A stretch of DNA of 64,000 nt from Gammaproteobacteria bacterium (GCA_026982565.1 JALSGV010000042.1:11956-75955); one strand, 5' to 3'. Counted from the stretch's first letter, positions 19,076 through 28,340 are shown. The notes: generated by a model from the sequence alone, not told the origin. Numbers and translations are program-made.

Positions 19076-21471
19076 ACGAGAGTCCCTATATCCGCTGGTT
19101 CTCCCAGTTGGGAATGGACGATGTTTCCCTGGTGGGCGGCAAGAATGCCTCGCTGGGAGAAATGTACCGTGAACTGACGCCCCAGGGCGTGAAAGTGCCC
19201 AATGGCTTTGCCATCACCGCCCAGGCCTATCGCCATGTCCTCGACGAGGCGCAAGCCTGGGGCGCCTTGCATGAGGCCCTGGACGGACTCGACGGCGATG
19301 ACGTGGAAGACCTGGCGGGGCGCGCGGCGATGGCGCGGGAGATCGTCTACGGCGCCGGCCTCCCCCGGGATCTCCAGGATGCCATTCTGGCCGCCTACAG
19401 GCGTTTGCAGGAAGAATACGGGGCCGGCCTGAGCCTGGCCGTGCGATCCTCGGCCACGGCGGAGGACCTGCCCACCGCCAGTTTTGCCGGACAACAGGAG
19501 ACCTATCTCAATATCAGTGGCGACGCCCGCCTGCTGGAGAGCTGCCGGCGTTGCTTCGCCAGCCTCTTTACCGACCGCGCCATCCACTACCGCATGGATC
19601 ATGGTTTCGACCACTTCAAGGTTTTTCTTTCCATCGGCGTGATGAAAATGGTGCGCTCCGACCTGTCCGCTTCCGGGGTCATGTTCTCACTGGATACGGA
19701 GAGTGGTTTTCGCGACGTGGTATTCATCACCGCCGCCTATGGCCTGGGTGAGAACGTGGTGCAGGGGGCGGTGGATCCCGACGAGTTCTATGTCCACAAA
19801 CCGACCTTCGAACAGGGTCGCCGCACCGTGCTGCGCCGCACCCTGGGCAGCAAGAAAATCAAGATGATATACGCCAGCGCCCGCAGCCGCGAGCAGACCC
19901 GCAATATCCCCACCACGGCCCGTGAACGGGCGCGCTTCTGCATCAGCGACGGGGATGTGCTGACCCTGGCCGATTACGCCATCAAGGTGGAGAAGCATTA
20001 TACCTCCCGTGCGGGCGAGGACCGCCCCATGGATATGGAGTGGGCGCGGGATGGCCTCGATGGGCAGCTCTACCTGGTGCAGGCGCGCCCTGAGACCGTG
20101 GCCTCACAGCAGCGGGGCACGGTGCTGGAGCGCTTTTTGCTCAAGGGGACGGGCGAGGTGCTGTGCCAGGGGCGCGCCGTGGGCGCCCGCATCGCCAGCG
20201 GGCGGGCGCGGGTCATCGAGGGCGTGGAGTATCTGGCCGCTTTCCAGCCCGGCGAGGTGCTGATCTCCGATACCACCACGCCGGACTGGGAGCCGGTCAT
20301 GAAAACCGCCGCCGCCATCGTCACCAACCGCGGCGGGCGCACCTGCCACGCGGCCATCATCGCCCGTGAACTGGGCATTCCCGCCGTGGTGGGCTGCGGC
20401 GACGCCACCGCCCGCATCGCCGATGGCGCGGAAGTCACCGTCTCCTGCGCCGAGGGCGACGTGGGGCGGGTCTACGCGGGAACAGTGCCCTTTGAAGTGG
20501 AACAGACCGATCTCTCGGCCATGCCACGTCCCCGCACCAGGATCATGATCAATCTGGGCAATCCCGAGATCGCCTTCAAGACCAGCTTTCTGCCCAATGA
20601 CGGCGTGGGCCTGGCGCGCATGGAGTTCATCATCAATGAATACATCAAGGCCCATCCCATGGCCCTCCTTCACCCGGAACGGGTGGAGGATGAGGGGGAG
20701 AGGGCAAGGCTGGCCAGCCTGACCCAGGGTTACGCACGGCCCGCCGATTTCTTCATCGAGCGCCTCTCTGAGGGCGTGGGCACCATCGCCGCCGCTTTCT
20801 ATCCCAAGCCGGTGGTGGTGCGCCTGTCGGATTTCAAGAGCAATGAATACGCGGCCCTGTTGGGCGGGCGATGGTTCGAGCCCAGGGAAGAGAACCCCAT
20901 GCTGGGATTCCGCGGCGCCTCGCGCTATACCCATCCCGCCTATGCCGAGGGCTTTGCCCTGGAGTGTGCGGCCCTGAAGCGGGTGCGCGACGACATGGGG
21001 CTGGTGAACGTCAAGCTGATGATTCCCTTCTGCCGTCGCGTAGAGGAAGGCGAGCAAGTGCTGGCCTGCATGGCGGAACACGGGCTGGCGCGGGGCGTGA
21101 ATGGCCTGGAGGTCTATGTGATGTGCGAGATTCCCAACAACGTCATTCTCATCGATGCCTTCTCCCGCCTCTTCGACGGTTTCTCCATCGGTTCCAACGA
21201 CCTGACCCAGCTCACGCTGGGGGTGGATCGTGATTCCGAGATCGTGGCCAGCGATTTCGACGAGCGCGACCCCGGCGTCATGGAGATGATCCGCCTGGCG
21301 GTGGAGGGCGCGCGCCGCAACGGCCGTCATTCAGGCATGTGTGGACAGGCTCCGTCCGATTATCCGGAGATTGCCGAATATCTGGTGAAGATCGGTATTG
21401 ATTCCATGAGCCTCAATCCTGATGCCGTGCTCGAGACCACGCGCCATGTATTGAAGGTGGAGCAGGCCTAA
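19072..21471 (+). CDS. ppsA: phosphoenolpyruvate synthase
   Basis: 799 aa; N-terminus IRWFSQLGMDDVSLVGGKNASLGEMY; phosphohistidine region GGRTCHAAIIARELG. The ATG overlaps the E1 beta stop. Confidence 0.95.
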   Translation: MNESPYIRWFSQLGMDDVSLVGGKNASLGEMYRELTPQGVKVPNGFAITAQAYRHVLDEAQAWGALHEALDGLDGDDVEDLAGRAAMAREIVYGAGLPRDLQDAILAAYRRLQEEYGAGLSLAVRSSATAEDLPTASFAGQQETYLNISGDARLLESCRRCFASLFTDRAIHYRMDHGFDHFKVFLSIGVMKMVRSDLSASGVMFSLDTESGFRDVVFITAAYGLGENVVQGAVDPDEFYVHKPTFEQGRRTVLRRTLGSKKIKMIYASARSREQTRNIPTTARERARFCISDGDVLTLADYAIKVEKHYTSRAGEDRPMDMEWARDGLDGQLYLVQARPETVASQQRGTVLERFLLKGTGEVLCQGRAVGARIASGRARVIEGVEYLAAFQPGEVLISDTTTPDWEPVMKTAAAIVTNRGGRTCHAAIIARELGIPAVVGCGDATARIADGAEVTVSCAEGDVGRVYAGTVPFEVEQTDLSAMPRPRTRIMINLGNPEIAFKTSFLPNDGVGLARMEFIINEYIKAHPMALLHPERVEDEGERARLASLTQGYARPADFFIERLSEGVGTIAAAFYPKPVVVRLSDFKSNEYAALLGGRWFEPREENPMLGFRGASRYTHPAYAEGFALECAALKRVRDDMGLVNVKLMIPFCRRVEEGEQVLACMAEHGLARGVNGLEVYVMCEIPNNVILIDAFSRLFDGFSIGSNDLTQLTLGVDRDSEIVASDFDERDPGVMEMIRLAVEGARRNGRHSGMCGQAPSDYPEIAEYLVKIGIDSMSLNPDAVLETTRHVLKVEQA

Positions 21472-21632
21472 CCCGCATTTCTCACCAGGTGGCGAGATGA
21501 TCGCGCAGAGATTTGGATTCATAAGGCATTTTACGAAGGAGCGGAATAACAGTGTGTATTTCCGACTGAGTAAAATGCCTTATGGATTCAAAGATCAAGC
21601 GAGGGCTCGTCAACCTGGTGAGAAATGCGGGC
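21471..21632. mobile_element. MITE-like 162-bp imperfect palindrome flanked by TA/TA
   Basis: Terminal inverted repeats are ACCCGCATTTCTCACCAGGT and ACCTGGTGAGAAATGCGGGC (19/20). An inner arm pair surrounds GGATTCATAAGGCATTTTAC. The element fills the whole gap between the convergent ppsA and hppA stop codons. Confidence 0.5.
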
Positions 21633-23692
21633 TAAAGAAAGGGCACCATCAGCAGGGCCATCAGGCTCAACACCTTGCGCATGGGGTTGATGGCGGGTCC
21701 CGCGGTATCCTTTGCGGGGTCGCCTACGGTATCGCCAGTGATGGCGGCGAGATGGGCGGGTGAGCCCTTGCCGCCAAAGTGACCAGCCTCGATGTACTTC
21801 TTGGCATTATCCCAGGCGGCGCCACCGGTACTCAGCATGAGGGCGAGAATAAACCCTGTCGTAACGGCACCCATCAAAATGCCTCCCATCAATTGCGCAC
21901 CGCTGCCATCGGGACCAAAGGGGGATGCCAGTGCAACCAATATGGGTACGGCCACCGGCAGAGTGCCCGGTAAAATCATGCCCCGGATGGAGGCCAAGGT
22001 CAGTATATGCACGGCCCTGGTATAGTCCGGGCGGTACTGGCCTGTCAGGATTTCGGGGTGATTTCTGAACTGAGTGCGTACCTCTTCAACGACGGTGGAG
22101 GCCGCCTTGCCCACGGCCTTGAAAATGATGCCGCTGAAATAAAAGGGCAGAAGGGCGCCGATAAAAAGGCCCGCAAGCACATAGGGGGCGTCGATGGCAA
22201 AGGAGACCTGGTCCAGGCGGTCGCCGAACTCCAGCTTGAAGGCCACGAACAAGGCCAGGGAGGCCAATGCGGCGGAACCGATGGAGAAGATCTTGGTCAG
22301 GGATTTGGTGGAGTTGCCTGCCGCATCGAGTTCATCGGTAACCTCGCGTACGCTCTCCGGGAGATGGGCCATTTCAGCAATACCTCCCGCGTTGTCGGTT
22401 ACCGGGCCATAGGCATCGATGGTGACCACCACCGGTGTGAGGGCCAGCAGGGCGGTGGTCGCAATGGCGATGCCATACACGCCCCCAAAGGAATAGGCCG
22501 TTACCACTCCGGCCGCGATTACCAGGGTGGGGACCACGGTGGACTCCATGCCTACGGCCAGGCCCGTGATAATATTGGTGGCATGTCCGGAGCGGGAGGC
22601 ACGGGCAATTTCTTGCACGGGCCGGCGGTGAATTCCCGTGAAGTAGGTCGTCGTCGCCACCATGCCAATGCCCACGGCCAGCCCCGTAAGCGCGCTGATG
22701 AAGAGGTCGTTGGCGTTATATGACGTGGTATCGCCCATCAACCACTGGCTGGCCAGATAGAAACCTCCAGCACTGAGCACGATGGTTGCCAGGACAATGC
22801 GGGTCAGAGTGGCGAGAATGGCGCCCTTACCCCTGTAATGGATGGTGTGGATACAGATAATGCCTGCCAGCAGGGAAACTGCGCCCAATATCAGGGGATA
22901 GATCTGGCCTGCCGCGGTTCCTGTTCCTGAGATGGAGGCCACCAGCATCGCGGCCACCAGTGTAACGGCGTAGCTTTCAAAGACATCAGCCGCCATGCCG
23001 GCGCAATCACCCACATTGTCGCCCACATTGTCGGCGATGACGGCTGGGTTGCGTGGGTCATCCTCGGCTATCCCCTGTTCAATCTTGCCCACCAGGTCGG
23101 CGCCTATATCGGCGGCCTTGGTGAAAATACCGCCGCCCAGGCGGGCGAAGATGCTGACCAGGGAGGCGCCAAAACCAAGGCCCACCAGTGGCCCCATATC
23201 GACAGGACCCGATTCGTTCAGCATGAGTAGCAGCAGGTAGAATCCGCTCACACTGGCCAGCGCCAGCGCCCCTACCAGAAACCCGGTGACAGAGCCGGCG
23301 CGCAGGCTGGTCTTCAGTGCCAACGGCAGCCCTTTCGCCGCGGCAGCCGTGGTGCGGACATTGGCGTGAACGGCGACCCACATGCCCATGATTCCCGCAA
23401 TCGCGGAGCACACCCCGCCAATGACGAAACCCAAGGCGGTGAGAAACCCATATTGGGGCGTTGCCCATAACAACAGGGTCAATACCACGCCGACCGCGAG
23501 GATGGTCAGATATTGGGTGCGCATAAAAGCGTTCGCACCTTCCCGGATGGCCAGGTAGGGTTTGCGCATGGCCTTGCTCCCCGTATCCTGGCGCATAACC
23601 CACCTCCCACACCAGGCGGCATAGACCACGCCCAGCGCGGCTGCGCCCAGGCTCAGAGACAGGGCTATGGTCATGGGGGCGGAATATGACAT
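21632..23692 (-). CDS. hppA: membrane-bound proton/sodium-translocating pyrophosphatase
   Basis: 686 aa, ~16 TM; motifs GDNVGDCAGMAADVFESY and GDTVGDPAKDTAGPA. Confidence 0.95.
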   Translation of the reverse strand: MSYSAPMTIALSLSLGAAALGVVYAAWCGRWVMRQDTGSKAMRKPYLAIREGANAFMRTQYLTILAVGVVLTLLLWATPQYGFLTALGFVIGGVCSAIAGIMGMWVAVHANVRTTAAAAKGLPLALKTSLRAGSVTGFLVGALALASVSGFYLLLLMLNESGPVDMGPLVGLGFGASLVSIFARLGGGIFTKAADIGADLVGKIEQGIAEDDPRNPAVIADNVGDNVGDCAGMAADVFESYAVTLVAAMLVASISGTGTAAGQIYPLILGAVSLLAGIICIHTIHYRGKGAILATLTRIVLATIVLSAGGFYLASQWLMGDTTSYNANDLFISALTGLAVGIGMVATTTYFTGIHRRPVQEIARASRSGHATNIITGLAVGMESTVVPTLVIAAGVVTAYSFGGVYGIAIATTALLALTPVVVTIDAYGPVTDNAGGIAEMAHLPESVREVTDELDAAGNSTKSLTKIFSIGSAALASLALFVAFKLEFGDRLDQVSFAIDAPYVLAGLFIGALLPFYFSGIIFKAVGKAASTVVEEVRTQFRNHPEILTGQYRPDYTRAVHILTLASIRGMILPGTLPVAVPILVALASPFGPDGSGAQLMGGILMGAVTTGFILALMLSTGGAAWDNAKKYIEAGHFGGKGSPAHLAAITGDTVGDPAKDTAGPAINPMRKVLSLMALLMVPFL

Positions 23693-23701
23693 CGTTCGGT
23701 A

Positions 23702-23887
23702 TTATGAAGCCGGCGCTTTCTCGGCCGCTGCCAGGATGTTCTGCAGTGCATCCCGCCTGGCCTTCAATTGGTCACGAAAACCCTTGTTGTCAGTGTTCGC
23801 TATTTCATAACTCAGGTCGGAGAGCTGGGTTTTCAGGACATCGCATAATACCTGTCGCTCATGTTCGCTGATCTCCAGGTGGATCAT
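23702..23887 (-). CDS. 61-aa helical protein of unknown function, cotranscribed with hppA
   Basis: Strong SD (GAGGAGGA) 6 nt upstream of the ATG. The stop lies 9 nt before the hppA start. Confidence 0.45.
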   Translation of the reverse strand: MIHLEISEHERQVLCDVLKTQLSDLSYEIANTDNKGFRDQLKARRDALQNILAAAEKAPAS

Positions 23888-24076
23888 TTTTTCTTCCTCC
23901 TCATTGTCGTCATTGGAAATTGATGCATCCCGTTCAAGAGCATGTGCGTCATAAATAACACAGGAGAGATGCGGGAAATGTAACCTAAGTTACAGCAGTA
24001 TCACCGATTCTGATTTTTAATATGAGCACCAGGGAAGGAAGGGGATGCGATGTAGGAGCCTGGGATGCCAAAGGTG

Positions 24077-24104
24077 TTGAAAACAGTATTTCTCATCCCT
24101 ATAG
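24077..24104 (+). promoter_or_regulatory. sigma-32-type heat-shock promoter
   Basis: TTGAAA (24077-24082), 14-nt spacer, CCCTATAG (24097-24104), compared with the consensus CTTGAAA-N13-15-CCCCATNT. Located ~117 nt upstream of the first hsp20 start. Confidence 0.55.
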
Positions 24105-24220
24105 AAAAATACATGAAGCAGCAAGAAAATCGTTGGTGAGAGAGAAGGGAAGCTCTTGAGCAGTCGACAGGGTAGGGTTCATGGAGGACTGTAAAGCAAG
24201 CGAAAAAGGAGGTGATGACG

Positions 24221-24733
24221 ATGAACACGGAAACCAAGTCAGCAACAACGACTCCCACCAGAGGCAATGCCCTGCAAAGTCGGCAGCGTGCCGCATTGAA
24301 CCCATTCGAGGAGATGGAGCGTCTCTTTCAAGGGCTGTTTCCCCGTGGCTGGGGGGGTCCGGCGCGTTGGGAATGGCCAGCGTGGGCCGATGTGGAAATG
24401 CCCTTCGAGGGGCGCATGCCCAAGGTGGATGTCGTGGATCGCGATGAAGAGATTCTGGTGCGTGCAGAACTGCCGGGAGTCAACAAGGACGACCTGGATA
24501 TTACACTGGCTGAAGACACGCTGACCATCAAGGCCAGCACCCGGCAGGAGAGCAAGGAAGAAAAGGGTGATTACCTGCGCCGTGAAATCACCCAGGGGTC
24601 TTTTGCCCGTACCATTCCGCTGCCCGCTGCAGTGCAGGGGGACGAGGCCAGGGCCAGCTTCAAGGATGGCGTGCTGGAGCTGACACTGCCCAAGGCCGCG
24701 CCCGCCAAGCGGCACAGCGTGAAGGTGGAATAG
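24221..24733 (+). CDS. Hsp20/alpha-crystallin family small heat-shock protein
   Basis: Alpha-crystallin domain (PKVDVVDRDEEILVRAELPGV...GVLELTLPK). ATG 24221 is chosen for its spacing from SD GGAGG at 24208-24212. Confidence 0.85.
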   Translation: MNTETKSATTTPTRGNALQSRQRAALNPFEEMERLFQGLFPRGWGGPARWEWPAWADVEMPFEGRMPKVDVVDRDEEILVRAELPGVNKDDLDITLAEDTLTIKASTRQESKEEKGDYLRREITQGSFARTIPLPAAVQGDEARASFKDGVLELTLPKAAPAKRHSVKVE

Positions 24734-24744
24734 GGCCGTTGGGG

Positions 24745-24772
24745 CGTGCCGCACCTCGGCAGGTGCGGCACG
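24745..24772 (+). other. perfect 12-bp stem / 4-nt loop hairpin between the two hsp20 genes
   Basis: CGTGCCGCACCT-CGGC-AGGTGCGGCACG. There is no T tract, so it may be an intercistronic stabiliser, processing site or attenuator. Confidence 0.5.
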
Positions 24773-24806
24773 AGGTTGCATCAAACGATGAATGAGGAGG
24801 GGAATC

Positions 24807-25295
24807 ATGTCGACACTGGAAGAACTGCGTGGAGGTCTGGGTCGCCTGTGGGACTCAATGGCGGAGGGGTGGCGTTATCTGGTGTCACGTGCTTCGGGCG
24901 CCTTGACTCGCTTCAAGCCCGCAAGGGAGCAGGATGATGACAATGTCCCTGTTGTCATCGGCAGTGGTTGGGGGTTGCTCACGGCAGAACTTTACGAGGA
25001 CGACGAGAGCGTCGAAATCCGCCTGGAAGCGCCCGGCATGGAGCCGGAAGAGTTCGATGTGACTATCTGCGACGACGTGTTGGTGGTGCGGGGCGAGAAA
25101 CGTTATCAGCAACAGCGTGACGTGGACGGATACCGTATCGCGGAATGCGCCTATGGCGCCTTCGAACGCGCCATACCATTGCCAGTGGGCGTGGATGCCG
25201 ATCATGTCAAGGCCAGGTATCGCCGCGGCGTCCTGCACATCAAGATGCCCAAGTCAGCGGTGAACCGCCCGCGACGCATCAGGATTTCTGGCTGA
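24807..25295 (+). CDS. Hsp20/alpha-crystallin family small heat-shock protein
   Basis: Alpha-crystallin domain (SVEIRLEAPGMEPEEFDV...GVLHIKMPK). ATG 24807 follows SD GGAGGGG. Confidence 0.85.
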   Translation: MSTLEELRGGLGRLWDSMAEGWRYLVSRASGALTRFKPAREQDDDNVPVVIGSGWGLLTAELYEDDESVEIRLEAPGMEPEEFDVTICDDVLVVRGEKRYQQQRDVDGYRIAECAYGAFERAIPLPVGVDADHVKARYRRGVLHIKMPKSAVNRPRRIRISG

Positions 25296-25375
25296 GGCCG
25301 GCCAGGGGATGGTCTGAATACTTACCACGCGTTTCAACCCGGTTAGTCAGGCAGTGGGTCGCAACAGTCAATACG

Positions 25376-26332
25376 ATGGAATTCAAGGACTATTACAAGA
25401 TCATGGGCGTCGCGCGCGACGCCACCCAGGACGAGATCAAGCGTGCGTATCGCAAACTGGCGCGCAAGTTTCATCCCGATGTCAGCAAGGAGGCCGATGC
25501 CGAGCAGCGCTTCAAGGAACTGGGTGAGGCCTATGAGGTGCTCAAGGACCCCGAGAAGCGGGCGGCCTATGACCGCCTGGGTGCTGACTGGAAGGCAGGT
25601 CAGGAATTCCATCCCCCGCCGGACTGGGATACGGGCTTTGAATTCAGCGGTGGTGGTTTTACGTCAGGTGATGCCCCCTTCAGTGATTTCTTTGAGTCAC
25701 TGTTCGGTCGGCGGGCAGGCATATATGGAGGCGCCCGGCGCCATGAGTACCGGACCCGTGGAGAGGATCACTTCGCCAGGATCCAGATCGATATGGAAGA
25801 TGCCTTTCACGGCGGCACTCGCACCGTGACCCTGCAGGCGCCTGAGACTACCCGCGATGGCCATGTGCGTTTGCGCCAGCGCAGCCTCAAGGTCAGGATT
25901 CCCAAAGGCATCATGCCGGGGCAGCAGATCCGCCTCAGAGGGCAGGGCGGCCATGGGGTCAATGGTCCTGAAGGCGACCTCTATCTCGAAGTCCATTTTC
26001 GCCCTCACCCGCTCTATCGGGTTGAGGGACGGGACATCTACATGGATGTGCCGGTGACGCCCACGGAGGCTGTGCTGGGGGCGCAGATTACTATTCCCAC
26101 CCCTTCGGGACTTGTCGATCTCAAGATTCCCCCGGGTTCGGGTGCGCGCCGCAAGTTGCGTCTCAAAGGCAAGGGGTTGCCCGGGAGGCCGCCTGGTGAT
26201 CTCTATGCCGTGCTCCAGATCGCCTTGCCACCGGCAGACAGTGAGGCGGCCAGGGCCGCTTACCGTCATTTGGCGGAGGTCATCCCGTTCAATCCCCGGC
26301 GTCATATGGGGGGGCATGATGAAAGAAGATAA
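25376..26332 (+). CDS. cbpA: curved-DNA-binding DnaJ-like co-chaperone
   Basis: J-domain from MEFKDYYKIMGVARDATQDEIKRAYRKLARKFHPD. No zinc-finger region, and cbpM follows. Confidence 0.85.
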   Translation: MEFKDYYKIMGVARDATQDEIKRAYRKLARKFHPDVSKEADAEQRFKELGEAYEVLKDPEKRAAYDRLGADWKAGQEFHPPPDWDTGFEFSGGGFTSGDAPFSDFFESLFGRRAGIYGGARRHEYRTRGEDHFARIQIDMEDAFHGGTRTVTLQAPETTRDGHVRLRQRSLKVRIPKGIMPGQQIRLRGQGGHGVNGPEGDLYLEVHFRPHPLYRVEGRDIYMDVPVTPTEAVLGAQITIPTPSGLVDLKIPPGSGARRKLRLKGKGLPGRPPGDLYAVLQIALPPADSEAARAAYRHLAEVIPFNPRRHMGGHDERR

Positions 26333-26642
26333 GAGCTTGCCCTTGCTGACAGGCGATGTCCTGGATGACTCAGTCTGGTTGAGTTTCGGCGAGCTGGCGC
26401 GCATCTGTTCCCTGGACGCCGAGTGTCTCATCGCAATGGTCGATGAGGGCGTATTGGAGCCGCGCGGCATGGAATTGCAGGCGTGGCGCTTTCACCCTGC
26501 CTCCATTACACGCGTCCAGGTGGTGTTGCGCCTGCGGCGTGACCTGGGCGTCAATCTTGCCGGTGCGGCACTGGTCCTCGATCTTCTCGATGAGATTGAG
26601 GGGCTGCAGGCCCGTCTGCGCCACCTGAATATAGAAGACTGA
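26316..26642 (+). CDS. cbpM: chaperone modulatory protein CbpM (MerR-like fold)
   Basis: ~108 aa; overlaps the cbpA 3' end by 17 nt, which is the typical cbpAM arrangement. Confidence 0.7.
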   Translation: MMKEDKSLPLLTGDVLDDSVWLSFGELARICSLDAECLIAMVDEGVLEPRGMELQAWRFHPASITRVQVVLRLRRDLGVNLAGAALVLDLLDEIEGLQARLRHLNIED

Positions 26643-26783
26643 ATTGGCAAGGGTATAAATCCTGATTCCCGCAAACCATGGCAGGCGGGCCCGCCATGCT
26701 TTGCCTGGAACAGATGTGACGTTTTTCATTCCCGTTTTAATGTATTACAATTTGTGTAGTTATTAAGGGTGAGGTTTAATGAA

Positions 26784-27968
26784 ATGATTGATGGTATTTT
26801 GGGGTTGTCCGGGTGGGAGAAGGTCGTCGCGGTGCTCGTGATGACCCATATCACCATTATCAGTGTCACGGTGTTTCTGCACCGCCATCAGGCCCATCGC
26901 GCGCTTGATCTGCATCCAGTGCTCAGCCATTTTTTCCGCTTCTGGCTGTGGTTGACCACCGGCATTCAGACCAAGGCCTGGGTTGCCATCCACAGAAAGC
27001 ACCATGCCAAGTGCGAAACGGAGGATGACCCCCACAGTCCCCAGGTACTGGGCATCAAGAAAGTACTGTGGGAAGGAGCGGAGCTCTACCGGGAAGCGTC
27101 CAGGAACGAGAAGACTCTGGAACAATATGGACGCGGCACACCCGCTGACTGGCTGGAACGTCATATCTATGACGCGCACAGTTATTGCGGCCTGGTTCTG
27201 ATGTTCATCGTGGATATCCTCTTGTTTGGCATTGCCGGTATCTCCGTATGGGCCGTGCAGATGCTGTGGATACCCCTGTTTGCTGCAGGTGTCATCAATG
27301 GCATTGGGCATTGGTGGGGCTACCGAAACTATGAAGTGCCCGATGCCTCGACCAATATCGTTCCCTGGGGGATTCTCATCGGTGGGGAGGAGCTGCACAA
27401 CAACCATCATACCTTTGCCACCTCGGCCAAATTGTCCGCCAAGTGGTGGGAGCTGGATATCGGTTGGATGTACATCCGCCTGTTTCAGGCATTGGGATTG
27501 GCCTCTGTCAACAAGCGCCTGACCCGGCCACGCATCGATCCGGCCAAGACCACTGTGGATATGGATACGGTGCGCGCTGTGGTCAATCACCGCTTTCAGG
27601 TCATGGCCCATTATTGCCGCGACGTATTGCACCAGGTGCACCGCGACGAGTTGAGCAAGGCGGATGATGCCTCTGACCGTGAACGCCTGAAAAAAGTGCG
27701 CCGCCTGCTGGTCAGGGAGGCATCTCTTATCGACGAATCCGCCCAGGTAAAGCTCCATGCGGTGCTGAGTGACAACGATCGCCTGGAGACCGTCTATCGC
27801 TTCAAGCTGGAGCTGCAGGAGTTGTGGAAGCGCTCTGCTGAATCCAATGAAAAAATGCTCCAGGCCTTGCAGGAGTGGTGTCGGCGGGCTGAAGCCAGCG
27901 GCATTCGTACCCTGGAGGAGTTTGCGCAGGTTCTGCAGGGTTATTCCCTGCGTACAGCAGCATCCTGA
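26784..27968 (+). CDS. membrane fatty-acid (acyl-CoA/acyl-lipid delta-9-type) desaturase with ~100-aa helical C-terminal extension
   Basis: Histidine boxes HRHQAH, HRKHH and HNNHH. The ORF is listed from GTG 26769; ATG 26784 has the better SD spacing. Confidence 0.85.
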   Translation: MIDGILGLSGWEKVVAVLVMTHITIISVTVFLHRHQAHRALDLHPVLSHFFRFWLWLTTGIQTKAWVAIHRKHHAKCETEDDPHSPQVLGIKKVLWEGAELYREASRNEKTLEQYGRGTPADWLERHIYDAHSYCGLVLMFIVDILLFGIAGISVWAVQMLWIPLFAAGVINGIGHWWGYRNYEVPDASTNIVPWGILIGGEELHNNHHTFATSAKLSAKWWELDIGWMYIRLFQALGLASVNKRLTRPRIDPAKTTVDMDTVRAVVNHRFQVMAHYCRDVLHQVHRDELSKADDASDRERLKKVRRLLVREASLIDESAQVKLHAVLSDNDRLETVYRFKLELQELWKRSAESNEKMLQALQEWCRRAEASGIRTLEEFAQVLQGYSLRTAAS

Positions 27969-28079
27969 AACTGTCACAAACCCCTCTGTTACACCTTGTT
28001 GTTATTGTGTGATTATGTATGTCATTGTTAAATAGTGATAATTTCTTACTAAATCACTTAGTTTTTGTGATGAAAAGGC

Positions 28080-28108
28080 TTGACCTTAATCCTTCCATTT
28101 TGTAATGT
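28080..28108 (+). promoter_or_regulatory. sigma-70-type promoter of small ORF 1
   Basis: TTGACC (28080-28085), 17 nt, TAATGT (28103-28108). The -35 and its flanks are conserved in copy 2. Confidence 0.5.
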
Positions 28109-28175
28109 TTTAGATGTAGTCCAAAACTGTGACTTGATCAAAACAACACATATTGCTAAATACAGGAGGGTAAAC

Positions 28176-28289
28176 ATGAGCAATGACAACTGGATTGATA
28201 TCAGTAAAACGGACACAATCATCTGCGTAGGCAGCCTGGGTACGTGGGCAGTGCTGATGTATCTCGCATCGACAGTGCTGGCCCTCTAG
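28176..28289 (+). CDS. 37-aa hydrophobic peptide (MSNDNWIDISKTDTIICVGSLGTWAVLMYLASTVLAL)
   Basis: SD AGGAGGG lies 5 nt upstream. It has its own promoter and terminator, and a paralog lies 591 bp downstream. The listed 69-aa ORF from TTG 28080 starts in the -35 box. Confidence 0.5.
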   Translation: MSNDNWIDISKTDTIICVGSLGTWAVLMYLASTVLAL

Positions 28290-28340
28290 ACTGAAGGATC
28301 AGTCAGCTGCTTCGTGTGTTGAAGCAGGGTATCCAACATA

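Noticed and set aside
23979-23994. Palindrome TGTAAC-N4-GTTACA between the small hppA-upstream gene and the hsp20 promoter.
   Set aside because: The arms are only 6 bp, it is a single copy, and it could easily arise by chance.
24105-24220. ROSE-type RNA thermometer in the hsp20 leader.
   Set aside because: I could not find a convincing U(U/C)GCU anti-SD pairing by eye. It is kept only as a possibility under the heat-shock finding.
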